A stretch of DNA of 64,000 nt from Candidatus Multivorans sp. (lineage in GTDB: Bacteria > Acidobacteriota > Thermoanaerobaculia > Multivoradales > Multivoraceae), in NCBI GenBank assembly GCA_965224025.1, contig OZ245033.1, positions 1,568,001 to 1,632,000 of the forward strand, written 5' to 3'. Shown in pieces: positions 18,501 to 27,542 of the stretch (its first letter is position 1; each line of letters begins with the position of its first letter). The notes beneath the pieces were generated by a model. That model did no database searches. It was not told where the DNA came from and worked only from the letters and a program-made list of their open reading frames with translations. The translations under genes were made by a program, and so were the position numbers.

Positions 18501-19188
18501 GGTCCAGCCCGGCGGCACGGAGGTCCTGAGCTTCACCGCTCCGACGTCACCCGGCCTGTACCCCTTCGTCTGCACGTTTCCCGGCCACTGGATCCTGATG
18601 AAGGGCACGATGCGCGTGGTCGAGCGGCTCGACGGAACCGCGGTCACCCGCTATGCCGCGCCACGCCTCCCTCCCGACGTGCCCCAGCGCGCCTTCGTCG
18701 CCGACTGGAGCTACGACATGCTGGAGACCGATGTCGGCGAACTCATGGCGGCGCCGCCCGCCGGCGAAGAGCAGCTCGACCGCGGCCGGCGCCTGTTCAT
18801 GGAGACCGGCTGCGCCACCTGCCACCAGCTCGGCGGCGCCGGCGGTGAGATCGGCCCTGCCCTGGATGACGTCGGCGAGCGGCTGACCGCGCTCGACACG
18901 CTGCGGCACATCCTCGAGCCCTCGGACGAGGTGGCCGAGGACTACCGCACCTGGCTCGTCGAGACCCGCGACGGCCGCTTCCATTCGGGGCTGCTCGCCT
19001 CCGCCGACGACCGCGCCGTCCACCTTCGCTCCAACCCCCTGGACCCGAACCACGTCGAGACGATTCGGCGCGAGGAGATCGAGAGTCTCAACGAGTCCTC
19101 CCTCTCGCCCATGCCGAGCGGCCTCCTCAGCACGCTCCAACCGTCGGAGGTCCGGGATCTGATCCGCTACGTCCTGCATTCGCCGTGA
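15499..19188 (+). CDS. PVC-type dehydrogenase-like beta-propeller / HEAT / cupredoxin / cytochrome c protein
   Basis: ATGA overlap, signal peptide, FDSRGRLWV and DRDGDGRAD propeller motifs, blue-copper HN..CTFPGHWILM, heme CATCH, SPMPSGL. Confidence 0.88.
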   Translation: MIRLPLAGGLAAACLVGPAAAQEVADEEPNRGGPARYEALDPAYALQHLHPSEGYEVSLFASEQNFPIGNPVSMTFDSRGRLWVATMPSYPQRLPDEEPDDKIVILEDRDGDGRADHHTVFAHGLHLPTGFELGDGGAYVAQQPNLMFIEDTDGDDVADRYEVILHGFGTEDSHHSISAFTWGPGGGLYFQEGTFHHSQVETPYGPVRLVDAGVFRYKPNRFQLEVFVSYPFANPWGHIFDRWGQNFIADASGGANYFGAPITGNAPYPTKRRRMKVFTQVVRPTSGCEIVSSRHFPDEAQGNFLVNNTIGFQGIKQHRMIEEDSGFTSEEVEPLLYSTDINFRPVDLQFAPDGSLYLVDWFNPLIGHMQYSLRDERRDHDHGRVWRVRHTGRPLLNPPEIAGASTPALIGLLESYEDRTRYRVRRELRERPRDQVLTALRDWLEGLDVRQSRQSRLQAGQETSAGEDEDGQKKVAEFEHHRLEGLWLYQSLNVVEPDLLARMLRSPEPRARAAATRVARFWRRELDDPLAILATQVEDEFPRARLEALLGLSYLESEPAALAALRALERTTDYYLDYTLKETVDTLESWWRPAFAPDREPPLLDELPAAAGEYLLSRLSTRDLEQLGAHPLTDRALLRRAQASVGRQRQAIANLAADRAMTGVEDAPTAIAVAATALLAEELGRLDRVDRVDPPAAETIDRIVLHLLEQTTAALGTAQPALRELAADGDSQKVRSGAMAALMAAAGDTSPRSVLPRPPGPNQLIDWLRAVDALPAALRVDAYPSVSALFDDRRGPDRQRVLEAAAHTLAGITRDAGRSFERLAGLAVDPTIGLAALEGLGQLTAAPPNAWPADGGEEALAAPIVAAIKGADSRDLTSPRFRRIHDLGIRVADRLIERTGGERGDDLREELVNLGPAIVTLRPVPHQMLFDLEEFTVRAGGPVEITFENIDVMPHNVVVTRPGALEEVGRAADAEAERNPAGAEASGYVPKTPLVLFKTGLVQPGGTEVLSFTAPTSPGLYPFVCTFPGHWILMKGTMRVVERLDGTAVTRYAAPRLPPDVPQRAFVADWSYDMLETDVGELMAAPPAGEEQLDRGRRLFMETGCATCHQLGGAGGEIGPALDDVGERLTALDTLRHILEPSDEVAEDYRTWLVETRDGRFHSGLLASADDRAVHLRSNPLDPNHVETIRREEIESLNESSLSPMPSGLLSTLQPSEVRDLIRYVLHSP

Positions 19189-21737
19189 TGCCCAAGCGCC
19201 GCTGGCTGTCCGCCGTCGTCCTGTCCGCCGCGGCAGCGGCCGGCGAACCGGCGATCGCACAGCACGGCGCCGTGGGCGGGGAATGGCGCGAGTACGGCGG
19301 CGACGCCGGCGGCACGAAGTACGCGCCGCTCGGGCAGATTCACCGCGCCAACGTTCAGGACATCGAGGTGCGCTGGCGATGGGCCTCGCCCGACAACGCG
19401 ATCGCCGAACCGGGCGGCGAACGGAGCATCGTCGCCTTCGAGTCGACGCCCCTGATGGTCGACGGCGTGCTCTACACCAGCACCTCGTTCAGTCAGGCGG
19501 CAGCGATCGACGCGGAAACCGGTGAACAGATCTGGGTCCACGATCCGAAGAGCTACCTGTCCGGCCGTCCCCCGAACAACGGCTTCCTGCATCGCGGACT
19601 CGCCTACTGGACCGACGGTGAGACCGAGACGGTCTACCTCGCCACCGGCGACGCCCGCCTGATCGCGCTCGATCCGGCCACGGGCACGCCGCGAAGGAGC
19701 TTCGGCAACGCCGGCACGGTCGACCTCACCGCCGGCATCCGCTCCCTCAGCGGCAGGTCAGACCAGTACGGACACACCTCGCCGCCGGCTGTGGTCGGCG
19801 ACGTGCTGGTCGTCGGGTCCTCGGTCATGGACTGGGCGCCGCGGCCCGAGTGGCCGCCGGGCGACGTCCGCGGCTACGACGCCAGGACGGGCCGGCGCCT
19901 GTGGACCTTTCACACCGTCCCGCGGCCGGGCCAGCTCGGCTACTCGACCTGGCAGAACGGCGCCGCGGAGCGCATCGGCGGCGCGAACGTGTGGGCGCCG
20001 ATGACCGCCGACCCGGAGCTCGGCTATGTCTACCTGCCCGTCAGCGCTCCGTCGAACCACTTCTACGGCGGCCACCGCAAGGGCGACAACCTGTTCGCCA
20101 ACAGCCTGGTCTGCCTCGACGCCAGGACGGGCCGCCGCGTCTGGCACTACCAGGTCGTCCATCACGACATCTGGGACTTCGACCTCCCCGCGCCGCCCAA
20201 CCTGGTCGACATCACCGTCGACGGCAGGGAGATTCCCGCGGTCGCCCTGGTTACCAAGCAGGGCTGGGTCTTCGTCTTCGACCGCCGCAACGGCAAGCCC
20301 GTGTGGCCGATCCATGAAGTGCCGGCGCCGCAGTCCCAGGCGCCGGGGGAACGCACCGCTCTGACCCAACCCCGGCCGACCAAACCGCCACCCTTCGACC
20401 GTCAGGGAATCGCACGGGAAGAACTGGGCGACGGCGCCGAAGAGGTGCTCGCCGACCTCGACTGGGGGGAGATCTATACGCCGCCATCGACCCGCGGCGC
20501 GGTGATCTACCCCGGCCTCGGCGGCGGCGCGAACTGGGGTGGCGCCGCCTTCGACCCCACGAGATCGATCCTCTACGTTCCGGTTCTGGGTGTGGTCCCC
20601 TTTCAGGTTCGCCTCTACCGGACGGCCATCCCCGATTACCTCCTGTACGAGACCGGCATCCTCGGCGCCCCGGGCAACCGTTACCTGCTCAAGCCGCCGT
20701 GGGGTCACATCACCGCTTTCGACCTCGACCGCGGCGAGATCCTCTGGCAACGGACGAACGACGGTTTCGACGGCTACGCCGGCACCGCGTCCCTTCTCGC
20801 CACCCAGGAACTCTTGTTCTACGCCAACCGGTCGCGGCCGGTGCTGACCGTCCTCGACGCGGCGAACGGCGATTTGCTGCGCACCATCCCCCTGCCGGGC
20901 AACGCCTCCGGCGTTCCCATGAGCTACACCGCCTCCGGCCGTCAGTACCTCGTCGTCGCGGTCGGCGCCGACGGCGATGACGCCGAACTGGTTGCCCTCT
21001 CCCTGGCCTCTGACCTGCCCGAGCAGCATCCCGGCACCCTGGGATTCGCCGTCACCGCAACGGCGGCGCGGGAGTCCGACGGCGAGGTCGCCTTGAGCGT
21101 GGTCCGCGCCGGCGGCAGCGACGGCGCCGTCAGCGTCAACCTGCGGACGGCCGGCGGCTCGGCCACCCCGGATGTCGATTATGAACCCGTTGCCCGCACT
21201 CTCGCCTGGGGCCACGGCGACAGCACCGCCAAACCGATGACTCTCCAGCTCCTGGCCGACGCCGTGAACGAGGAGTCCGAGACGATCGAACTCGAACTCC
21301 GCGATCCGCGCGGAGGCGCCGCCCTCGGCGAACGCCGCATGGTCGTCACGATCGACGAGGCCGACAGCGGGCCGACCGAGCCGATCGAAGAGTGTGTCGC
21401 CGACGCCACGACACTGTGCCTGGGCGGCGGGCGCTTCCGGGCACGCGTCCGCTACGCCACCGACAAGGGCGAGACCGGCTTGGGCAACGGCGTCCTTCTC
21501 ACGGGAGACACCGGGTACTTCAGCTTCTTCGACGCTTCCAACGTCGAGATCGTGGTGAAGGTCCTCGACGGCTGCGGGCTGAACGGCAAGTACTGGCTCT
21601 ACGCCACCGGCCTGACCAACGTGGAGGTCGAGTTGGAAGTTGCCGATCCGGCAACCCAAACGCGGCACGTGTACGTCAATCCCCTGGCCAACCCGTTCCA
21701 GCCGATCGCTGACCACGGCGCCTTCGACTGCGAGTGA
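19185..21737 (+). CDS. PQQ-dependent glucose/quinate-type dehydrogenase with Calx-beta and C-terminal conserved domain
   Basis: EWREYGGD..TKYAPLGQI, FESTPLMVDG, RGLAYW, HHDIWDFD, GGANWGG; Calx-beta; TLCL..RF..NVEIVVKVLDGC tail. Confidence 0.88.
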   Translation: MMPKRRWLSAVVLSAAAAAGEPAIAQHGAVGGEWREYGGDAGGTKYAPLGQIHRANVQDIEVRWRWASPDNAIAEPGGERSIVAFESTPLMVDGVLYTSTSFSQAAAIDAETGEQIWVHDPKSYLSGRPPNNGFLHRGLAYWTDGETETVYLATGDARLIALDPATGTPRRSFGNAGTVDLTAGIRSLSGRSDQYGHTSPPAVVGDVLVVGSSVMDWAPRPEWPPGDVRGYDARTGRRLWTFHTVPRPGQLGYSTWQNGAAERIGGANVWAPMTADPELGYVYLPVSAPSNHFYGGHRKGDNLFANSLVCLDARTGRRVWHYQVVHHDIWDFDLPAPPNLVDITVDGREIPAVALVTKQGWVFVFDRRNGKPVWPIHEVPAPQSQAPGERTALTQPRPTKPPPFDRQGIAREELGDGAEEVLADLDWGEIYTPPSTRGAVIYPGLGGGANWGGAAFDPTRSILYVPVLGVVPFQVRLYRTAIPDYLLYETGILGAPGNRYLLKPPWGHITAFDLDRGEILWQRTNDGFDGYAGTASLLATQELLFYANRSRPVLTVLDAANGDLLRTIPLPGNASGVPMSYTASGRQYLVVAVGADGDDAELVALSLASDLPEQHPGTLGFAVTATAARESDGEVALSVVRAGGSDGAVSVNLRTAGGSATPDVDYEPVARTLAWGHGDSTAKPMTLQLLADAVNEESETIELELRDPRGGAALGERRMVVTIDEADSGPTEPIEECVADATTLCLGGGRFRARVRYATDKGETGLGNGVLLTGDTGYFSFFDASNVEIVVKVLDGCGLNGKYWLYATGLTNVEVELEVADPATQTRHVYVNPLANPFQPIADHGAFDCE

Positions 21738-21771
21738 TCTCGTGTTACACTGATTCCGTGTTTCACGAGAT
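21737..21771 (+). promoter_or_regulatory. TA promoter/operator
   Basis: Extended -10 TGTTACACT inside an ATCTCGTG/CACGAGAT inverted repeat. Confidence 0.45.
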
Positions 21772-21780
21772 GAGGCGAGC

Positions 21781-22008
21781 ATGAACTTGACGATCTCCGT
21801 AGACAGTCATGTCCTCAAGCGAGCCCGGATTCGCGCAGTGGAGGAGGACACCTCCGTGAACGCCGTGCTCCGCGACTGGCTTGAAGCGTACGCCGGCGGC
21901 GCCGGAAGGAACCGTCAGGCGGTCCGTCGGCTGTTGCGACTGTCGGAAATCAGCGGTTCCGGGCGCGGGGGCGCCAGGTGGACCCGCGACGAACTGCATG
22001 AGCGCTGA
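21781..22008 (+). CDS. RHH antitoxin (VapB/DUF6364-like)
   Basis: MNLTISVD..RARIRA..TSVN..WTRDELHER, overlapping the PIN gene. Confidence 0.85.
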   Translation: MNLTISVDSHVLKRARIRAVEEDTSVNAVLRDWLEAYAGGAGRNRQAVRRLLRLSEISGSGRGGARWTRDELHER

Positions 22009-22426
22009 GCCCTGGTTCGTCGACACGAACGTGCTGGTCTACATGTTCGACGACGACTCGCCTCGCAAGCAGAAGGTCGCCCGAGAACTCCTCGACGAGG
22101 AGGCGGACCGAATCGTGCTGAGCACACAGGTTCTCAGCGAGTTCTACGTGACCGTGACGCGCAAGCTGGCCAGACCGCTCTCTTCCGACCGCGCCATCGA
22201 GGCGTTGGATGCGCTCTGTGAGCTTCCCGTCCACACACTGGGAACCGACATCGTGCGCTCGGCGGTCCGTAGAAGCGCCAGATCACAGGTGTCCTACTGG
22301 GACGCACTGATCATCGAGACCGCGCTCGCGGCAGGTGCCACCGTGCTCTTGACCGAGGACCTGCGGGATGGTCAAACGTTCGGGCATCTTCGTGTGGCCA
22401 ATCCTCTCCTCGGGCAATCGCCGTAG
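21998..22426 (+). CDS. vapC: PIN-domain toxin
   Basis: FVDTNVLVY, QVLSEF, SYWDALI, LLTEDL. Confidence 0.9.
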   Translation: MSAEPWFVDTNVLVYMFDDDSPRKQKVARELLDEEADRIVLSTQVLSEFYVTVTRKLARPLSSDRAIEALDALCELPVHTLGTDIVRSAVRRSARSQVSYWDALIIETALAAGATVLLTEDLRDGQTFGHLRVANPLLGQSP

Positions 22427-22447
22427 ACACTCTGCCCACAACCGGCG

Positions 22448-23803
22448 CTACTGTGGCGGTAACTGTCCAAGGCGCTCGAACGCCTCCATATGGACCGCGG
22501 CTTCCTCCCCGCGGCCCAGGGACTCGAGAACCCGGGCGTAGTTGAAGCGGAGCGGCGCGTTGCCGTCGAGCCCGAGTTCGAGCGCCCGCTCCAGCCGCTC
22601 GGCGGCTTCGGCCAGACGACCGGCCTCGGCGGCGATGAGCCCCAGCAGGGCGTGGGCTTCGCCGAGATCGGGATCGAGCGCCACGGCGCGTTCGAGCGCG
22701 GGCCCGGCATCCTCGGCGCGCCCGCCCGCGTGCAGGAACATCCCCTCCAGGTAGTGGTGCTCGACCCGGTTCGGCTCTAGCCTTCGCGCCTCGGCGGCGC
22801 TGGCCGCGGCGTCCTCGACTCGGCCCATGGAGAACAGCACCTTGCCCCGCAACGAGTGCACGTCCGCGGCCAGCGGATCATCGGGGCGGCCCGCAGGGCC
22901 GAGAAGAAGCTCGAGCGCAGCTTCGAGATTGCCCGCTGCCGCCAGCCTCTGCGCTTCAGACAAGGCCGACGCCGTCTCGGCAGAGGCTGCGCGCTCCTTC
23001 GCCGCTGCGCGCTCTCGCGCGCCCTCGAGCGACCGGTAGCGGTCGAGAGCCGCCTGGGCGGCTTCCCGGTCGCCGGCCGCGGCGAGGGTCCGCCCGAGAC
23101 GATACGCCACTTCCGGGTCGTCCGGCGCGAATTCCCCGGCGGCGCGCAGGTGCTCGAGCGCTTCCGGGTAGCGCGTTTCCGCCGAGAGAACGTCGGCCGC
23201 CTCCAGGTGCACCACGACCGGGTTGCCCACACCGGCGTCGAGGGCGCTCCGCAGGTAGCCCAGGGCCTCGCCGCGGCGGGCCGGATCGCGTGCCAACGCC
23301 AGCCCGCGCGCGAGGTCGAGGCCTGGACTCTCGAGGTTCTCGGCCGCGGCCGCTGAAGTGGCCGCCAGCGCCTCCCCTGCCTGGCCGTCCGCCAGCCGGA
23401 GCAGGGCCAGTTGCTCGTAGATGTCAGCGTTGCCGAATTGGCGGGCCGCACCCAGATCCAGCAGCCGGACCGCCTCGCCGGTGCGATCCAGGTCACGGAG
23501 AAGCAGCGCCGGCGCCAGGTAGGCCGACGCGACTTCGCCGGGCGCTACCGCCCCATCGTCCGGCTCAAGCGCGCGCGCGCGAGCGAACGCGGCAAGGGCA
23601 TCCTCGGTGCGGCCGAGCGCCGTCAGCGCCCGGGCTAGAGCGAGCACGGGCACGAACTCCCGGGGGGCGCGCTCCACTGTCGCACGCGCCTGTGCGAGGG
23701 CCTCGACCGGATCGCCCGGCGCCGGCGCAAGCTGGCCCGGAACGGTCTGGCCCGGGACAAGCACCGCTATGGCGACCAGCAGGAGGACGGCGAAGCGGGA
23801 CAC
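22448..23803 (-). CDS. Exported TPR-repeat protein
   Basis: Signal peptide and multiple TPR helix pairs. Confidence 0.8.
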   Translation of the reverse strand: MSRFAVLLLVAIAVLVPGQTVPGQLAPAPGDPVEALAQARATVERAPREFVPVLALARALTALGRTEDALAAFARARALEPDDGAVAPGEVASAYLAPALLLRDLDRTGEAVRLLDLGAARQFGNADIYEQLALLRLADGQAGEALAATSAAAAENLESPGLDLARGLALARDPARRGEALGYLRSALDAGVGNPVVVHLEAADVLSAETRYPEALEHLRAAGEFAPDDPEVAYRLGRTLAAAGDREAAQAALDRYRSLEGARERAAAKERAASAETASALSEAQRLAAAGNLEAALELLLGPAGRPDDPLAADVHSLRGKVLFSMGRVEDAAASAAEARRLEPNRVEHHYLEGMFLHAGGRAEDAGPALERAVALDPDLGEAHALLGLIAAEAGRLAEAAERLERALELGLDGNAPLRFNYARVLESLGRGEEAAVHMEAFERLGQLPPQ

Positions 23804-23821
23804 GAGCGATCAGCGTAGCAG

Positions 23822-24391
23822 TCACTCCCCGGCGAAGAGAGCCCTGAGTGCGGCGTCGAGCGTCGCACCTCGCGCGTCCACGGCCACCAGCCGTCCCCGA
23901 CGGTCGAACAGCAGGGACCGCGGCGGGTACTCCACCTGGAAGCGCCGGGCCAGGGCCCCGCCCGCGCCCAGCCCGTCGAAGAGGACCGGCCAGTTGACGC
24001 CCTGCCGGTGGCTGAAGCTCCGCAGGTCGCGGCGCGAGCAGCGGTCGAGTGAAACGGAGAGGATCACGAGTCCCCGGTCGGCGTAGGCCGTCCGGGCCCG
24101 CTCCAGGTGGGGAAAGTCGGCGAGGCAGGGAGCGCACCAGGTGGCCCAGAAGTCCAGCAGAACGATGCGACCCTCGAAGTCGCCCGCGGTCCAGACCCAG
24201 CCGTCGAGATCGCGGACGTCCAGGTCGGCCCACAGGTCGGCCAGCCGGGCCCCACGCAGCTCCGGGGCGCCCGCCGCGTCCGCGCTCTCCGGCGTCGCGC
24301 CTCCATCGAGGGCGAACGCGGCCGGCGCCGCGGATGCGAGAGCCAGCGAAGCCGCAAGAACCAGCCGGGAAACGTTCGCTTGCTTCGGCAC
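23822..24391 (-). CDS. TlpA/ResA-like thiol-disulfide oxidoreductase
   Basis: LLDFWATWCAPC and signal peptide. Confidence 0.9.
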   Translation of the reverse strand: MPKQANVSRLVLAASLALASAAPAAFALDGGATPESADAAGAPELRGARLADLWADLDVRDLDGWVWTAGDFEGRIVLLDFWATWCAPCLADFPHLERARTAYADRGLVILSVSLDRCSRRDLRSFSHRQGVNWPVLFDGLGAGGALARRFQVEYPPRSLLFDRRGRLVAVDARGATLDAALRALFAGE

Positions 24392-24396
24392 TACTG

Positions 24397-26691
24397 CTAG
24401 AGGTCCAGCTTGAGACCGACGACGAGACTGCGCGGAAACCTCGGCCCGTAGACGTAGCTTGGATCCCGAAACGGCCCCCGGTCCAGGTCGCGCTGGTATT
24501 CGTCGGTCAGGTTCTTGACCGCCAGCGTGCCGGTGATTCGCCGGTCGCCGCCGAGAGCGAACCGCCGGGACAACCCGAGGTCCCAGGTCAGGAAGCTGGA
24601 GGTGACTTCGAGTCGATCCTCAGGGATGTAGCCGGCATAGTGGGGCGCCAGCATCGATCCCGTGTAGCGGAGCCCAGCGAACAGGGTGAAGTCGCGCGGC
24701 AACGGCCACTGCACGCTCGCCGTGCCGTAGCGCTCCGGCGTCCGGAACATGCGCCTACTGCCGAAGTCGGGCTCCGCGTGACCGAACTCGGCCCGCTGCC
24801 AGACGTAGCCCGCGTCCAGCGTGAGACCGCCACGCCGGAGACCCCAACCTATCTCCACGCCTCGTACCCGCGCACGGCCGAAGTTGGTGCGCAGGAACTC
24901 GAGTTCCGGCGTCGCCGGATCGTCGGCCTCCAGGCTGTGGAAGAGGTCTTCGATCCGGGTATCGAAGAACGTCGAGTCGATCGCCATCGAGGTGCGGCGG
25001 CCGACTGTCGGCCGCCATTCGAGGCTCACCATGCGCGCCGCGGACGTCTCTTCACGTAAACCGGGATCGTCGCGCACCACCATCGCCTCGCCGCCCAGGA
25101 GGGCGATGTGGAGCTGCTCGTCGAACACGGAAGGCGGACGGAAACCGGCGGCGTGCGAAGCGCGCAGGGTCAGATCGCTTCGAGGGCTCCACATCAACGC
25201 CGCCCGCGGCGACACGATCGTTCTCGGGACCGCGCTGTGCCGGTCCGCGCGCGCGCCGTAGAGCAGGGTCAGCCCGTCGCCGATCCTCCGGTCATCCTGA
25301 ATGAAAGCCGAAGTCGCGCGGTAGGTCTCGCGGATGGTCCGCCGGTAAGCTGGCTGGCGGTCGTCGATCACGTCGTGGGAGGCCTGCAGACCGAAGCTGA
25401 GCGTGCCGGCGCCGCCCCCGCGGTTGACGTGGGAATCGAAGATCCAGAGCGGGTTGCGGGTCCAGCCGAAGGCGCCCGCGTCGCCGCCGGCCCCGTAGTA
25501 GCTGGCGCGCTCGGTCGCCGCGTGGGACGCCGTGGCGCGCCAGTCCCAGAGTGGCGACACCGTGTGCAGCCAGGAGACGCCGGCACCGCTGCGCCGGGAG
25601 TGCAACTGCTCCGCGACCTGCGCCTGCTGCGGCGGAAGATGCACCTGGTCGCCGCCACGGCGGAACTCAGCCGTATGGCTGACGTCCGCCGCGAGCCTCG
25701 CGGCGCCACCTAGGAAGAACTCGTGGTAGCGCGCGCCGACCACGTCGAGATTGCGGATCGATATCTCGCTGAAGCCGTCACCGTCCACATCGACCGGCGC
25801 CACGCGGTCGATCTGACCGTAGAACGTCGCCGCGCGGGCTGAGCCGGGCGTCCAGTCCGCGACCAGGCTGTAGGACGGGCTTTCGGCCGTCCCGCCGGCG
25901 CCGCCCATCCGTCCCGAACGGGCATCCACCTCAACGTGGGTGTGGTCGGCGTGATGAGGAATCAGGTTGATCACGCCGGCGACCGCGCCGGCGCCGTACG
26001 CCGGCGAACCGCCGCCCCTGACCACTTCGATGCTGTCGATCAGACGCGCCGGCAACTGCTCGATGCCGTAGACCATCGCCAGGGACGACACGGTGGGCTG
26101 GCCATCGACCAGTAGCTGGGAGTACGGCCCCTCGAGTCCCAAGAGCCGAATCTGCGAGGTGTTGCAGCTCTGGCAGTTCGACTCCACGCGAACACCCCGG
26201 GTCCATTCGACCGCGTCCGCCAGGGTCCGCGCGACGACGCTCTCGATCCGTGAGCGGGACACGGTTTCCACGTGCAGAGGCACGTCGGCGAGGCGCTTCT
26301 CGGTCCGGGTCGCGCTGATGATGACCTCCTCACCGAAGGCGGGCCGAAGCTGAATGTCGACTTCGATCAGGCCCCGGCCCTCGACCCGGAACTCCTGTTC
26401 AGCCAAGCCGTAGCCGTCAGCAAAGACGATCAGCCGATGTTCGCCGGAGGCCACCGGGTGCAGGCAGAACCGGCCATCCTCCGATGTCACCACCGTCAAG
26501 GACGAAGTGGTCAGGGTGACCGCGGCATCAGCCACCGGCCTCCCGGAAAGCGCCCGCACCGTGCCGTGAACTCCACTGTCCTCGGGACAGGCGGCAGCCA
26601 TTGCCCACCCAGCAGGCAACAGCGCCAGCGCTCCGATTGCCACGGCTCCTGCGCCTCGCGGCTTCATCCCGCACCAGGATGTTTTTTCCAT
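24397..26691 (-). CDS. TonB-dependent receptor with CxxC in the plug
   Basis: N-terminal prealbumin-like domain, EEVIISATRTE, RVESNCQSC, IEVVRGG, KNLTDEY, YVYGP..R. Confidence 0.92.
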   Translation of the reverse strand: MEKTSWCGMKPRGAGAVAIGALALLPAGWAMAAACPEDSGVHGTVRALSGRPVADAAVTLTTSSLTVVTSEDGRFCLHPVASGEHRLIVFADGYGLAEQEFRVEGRGLIEVDIQLRPAFGEEVIISATRTEKRLADVPLHVETVSRSRIESVVARTLADAVEWTRGVRVESNCQSCNTSQIRLLGLEGPYSQLLVDGQPTVSSLAMVYGIEQLPARLIDSIEVVRGGGSPAYGAGAVAGVINLIPHHADHTHVEVDARSGRMGGAGGTAESPSYSLVADWTPGSARAATFYGQIDRVAPVDVDGDGFSEISIRNLDVVGARYHEFFLGGAARLAADVSHTAEFRRGGDQVHLPPQQAQVAEQLHSRRSGAGVSWLHTVSPLWDWRATASHAATERASYYGAGGDAGAFGWTRNPLWIFDSHVNRGGGAGTLSFGLQASHDVIDDRQPAYRRTIRETYRATSAFIQDDRRIGDGLTLLYGARADRHSAVPRTIVSPRAALMWSPRSDLTLRASHAAGFRPPSVFDEQLHIALLGGEAMVVRDDPGLREETSAARMVSLEWRPTVGRRTSMAIDSTFFDTRIEDLFHSLEADDPATPELEFLRTNFGRARVRGVEIGWGLRRGGLTLDAGYVWQRAEFGHAEPDFGSRRMFRTPERYGTASVQWPLPRDFTLFAGLRYTGSMLAPHYAGYIPEDRLEVTSSFLTWDLGLSRRFALGGDRRITGTLAVKNLTDEYQRDLDRGPFRDPSYVYGPRFPRSLVVGLKLDL

Positions 26692-26698
26692 GCACGCG

Positions 26699-26728
26699 AC
26701 TATAGATTTCGTTTACCCAAAAAGTCAA
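26699..26728 (-). promoter_or_regulatory. Sigma70-type promoter giving a leaderless mRNA, with an AT-rich imperfect palindrome in the spacer
   Basis: TTGACT-18 nt-TATAGT, 7 nt before the ATG; TTTGGGTAAACGAAA resembles DtxR/MntR boxes. Confidence 0.55.
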
Positions 26729-26755
26729 TCGCGTTGACCAGAATAACGAGCCCCC

Positions 26756-26810
26756 TTGACACCGCATCAGGCCAGGACAACAATCTAGCCAGACGAACTG
26801 GCCAGACTGC
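26756..26810 (+). promoter_or_regulatory. Putative promoter/operator of the Phd-VapC pair
   Basis: TTGACA-17 nt-AACAAT followed by CT(A/G)GCCAGAC direct repeats. Confidence 0.4.
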
Positions 26811-26870
26811 CGCAAGACCCTTCGCGGGCCCGGCGTCTGGCCCCAGACCCAACCGCACTGGGAGTCGCTC

Positions 26871-27125
26871 ATGACGGTATGGCCACTGCAAGATGCGAAG
26901 AACCGATTCAGCGCCGTGGTGGAGGCGGCGCTGGCGGGTCGCCCTCAACACGTAACCCGTCGCGGAAAGCCCGCGGTCGTCGTTCTCGCCGACGCCGAGT
27001 ACGAGCGGCTCCGCCTCGCGGAGAAGGCGAAGGCGCCGACCTTCGCCGAGCTGCTGCTCGCCATGCCCCAGGACGGTGGCGAGTTCGAACGACTGCCGCT
27101 CAAGCCGCGCGACTTCGATTTCTAA
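26871..27125 (+). CDS. Phd/YefM-family antitoxin
   Basis: WPLQDAKNRFSAVV..PQHVTRRGKPAVVV. Confidence 0.9.
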   Translation: MTVWPLQDAKNRFSAVVEAALAGRPQHVTRRGKPAVVVLADAEYERLRLAEKAKAPTFAELLLAMPQDGGEFERLPLKPRDFDF

Positions 27126-27535
27126 TGTACCTGGTCGACACCGACGTGCTGTCGGCGTTGCGCCGGCCGGAACGCCACCTTTCCGTCACGCACTGGGTAT
27201 CGGCGCAGAGAAACGAGAACCTCCACCTGAGCGTGATCTCGGTCGGCGAGATCGAGCGAGGTATCGCCACGGCGAAGCGACGCGACCCGCCATTCGCGAG
27301 CGCACTCGAAGCATGGCTTGAGAGTGTGCTCAGACTCTACGGCGACCGAATCCTTCCAATCGACCTTGAGGCGGCCCGGCGCTGGGGGCGCGTCTCACAG
27401 GCGTTCGGCCATCAGGACGCCGATCTCCTGATCGCCGCCACGGCGCTCAGGCATGGCTTGACAGTCGTTACCCGCAACGTGCGGCACTTCGAACCGGCCG
27501 GCGTTCCGGTGCTGAACCCGTACGATCCTCAGTAG
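27125..27535 (+). CDS. vapC: PIN-domain toxin
   Basis: TAATG overlap; MYLVDTDVLS, EIERG, DLLIAATA, VVTRNVRHF. Confidence 0.92.
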   Translation: MYLVDTDVLSALRRPERHLSVTHWVSAQRNENLHLSVISVGEIERGIATAKRRDPPFASALEAWLESVLRLYGDRILPIDLEAARRWGRVSQAFGHQDADLLIAATALRHGLTVVTRNVRHFEPAGVPVLNPYDPQ

Positions 27536-27542
27536 CGCCGCC

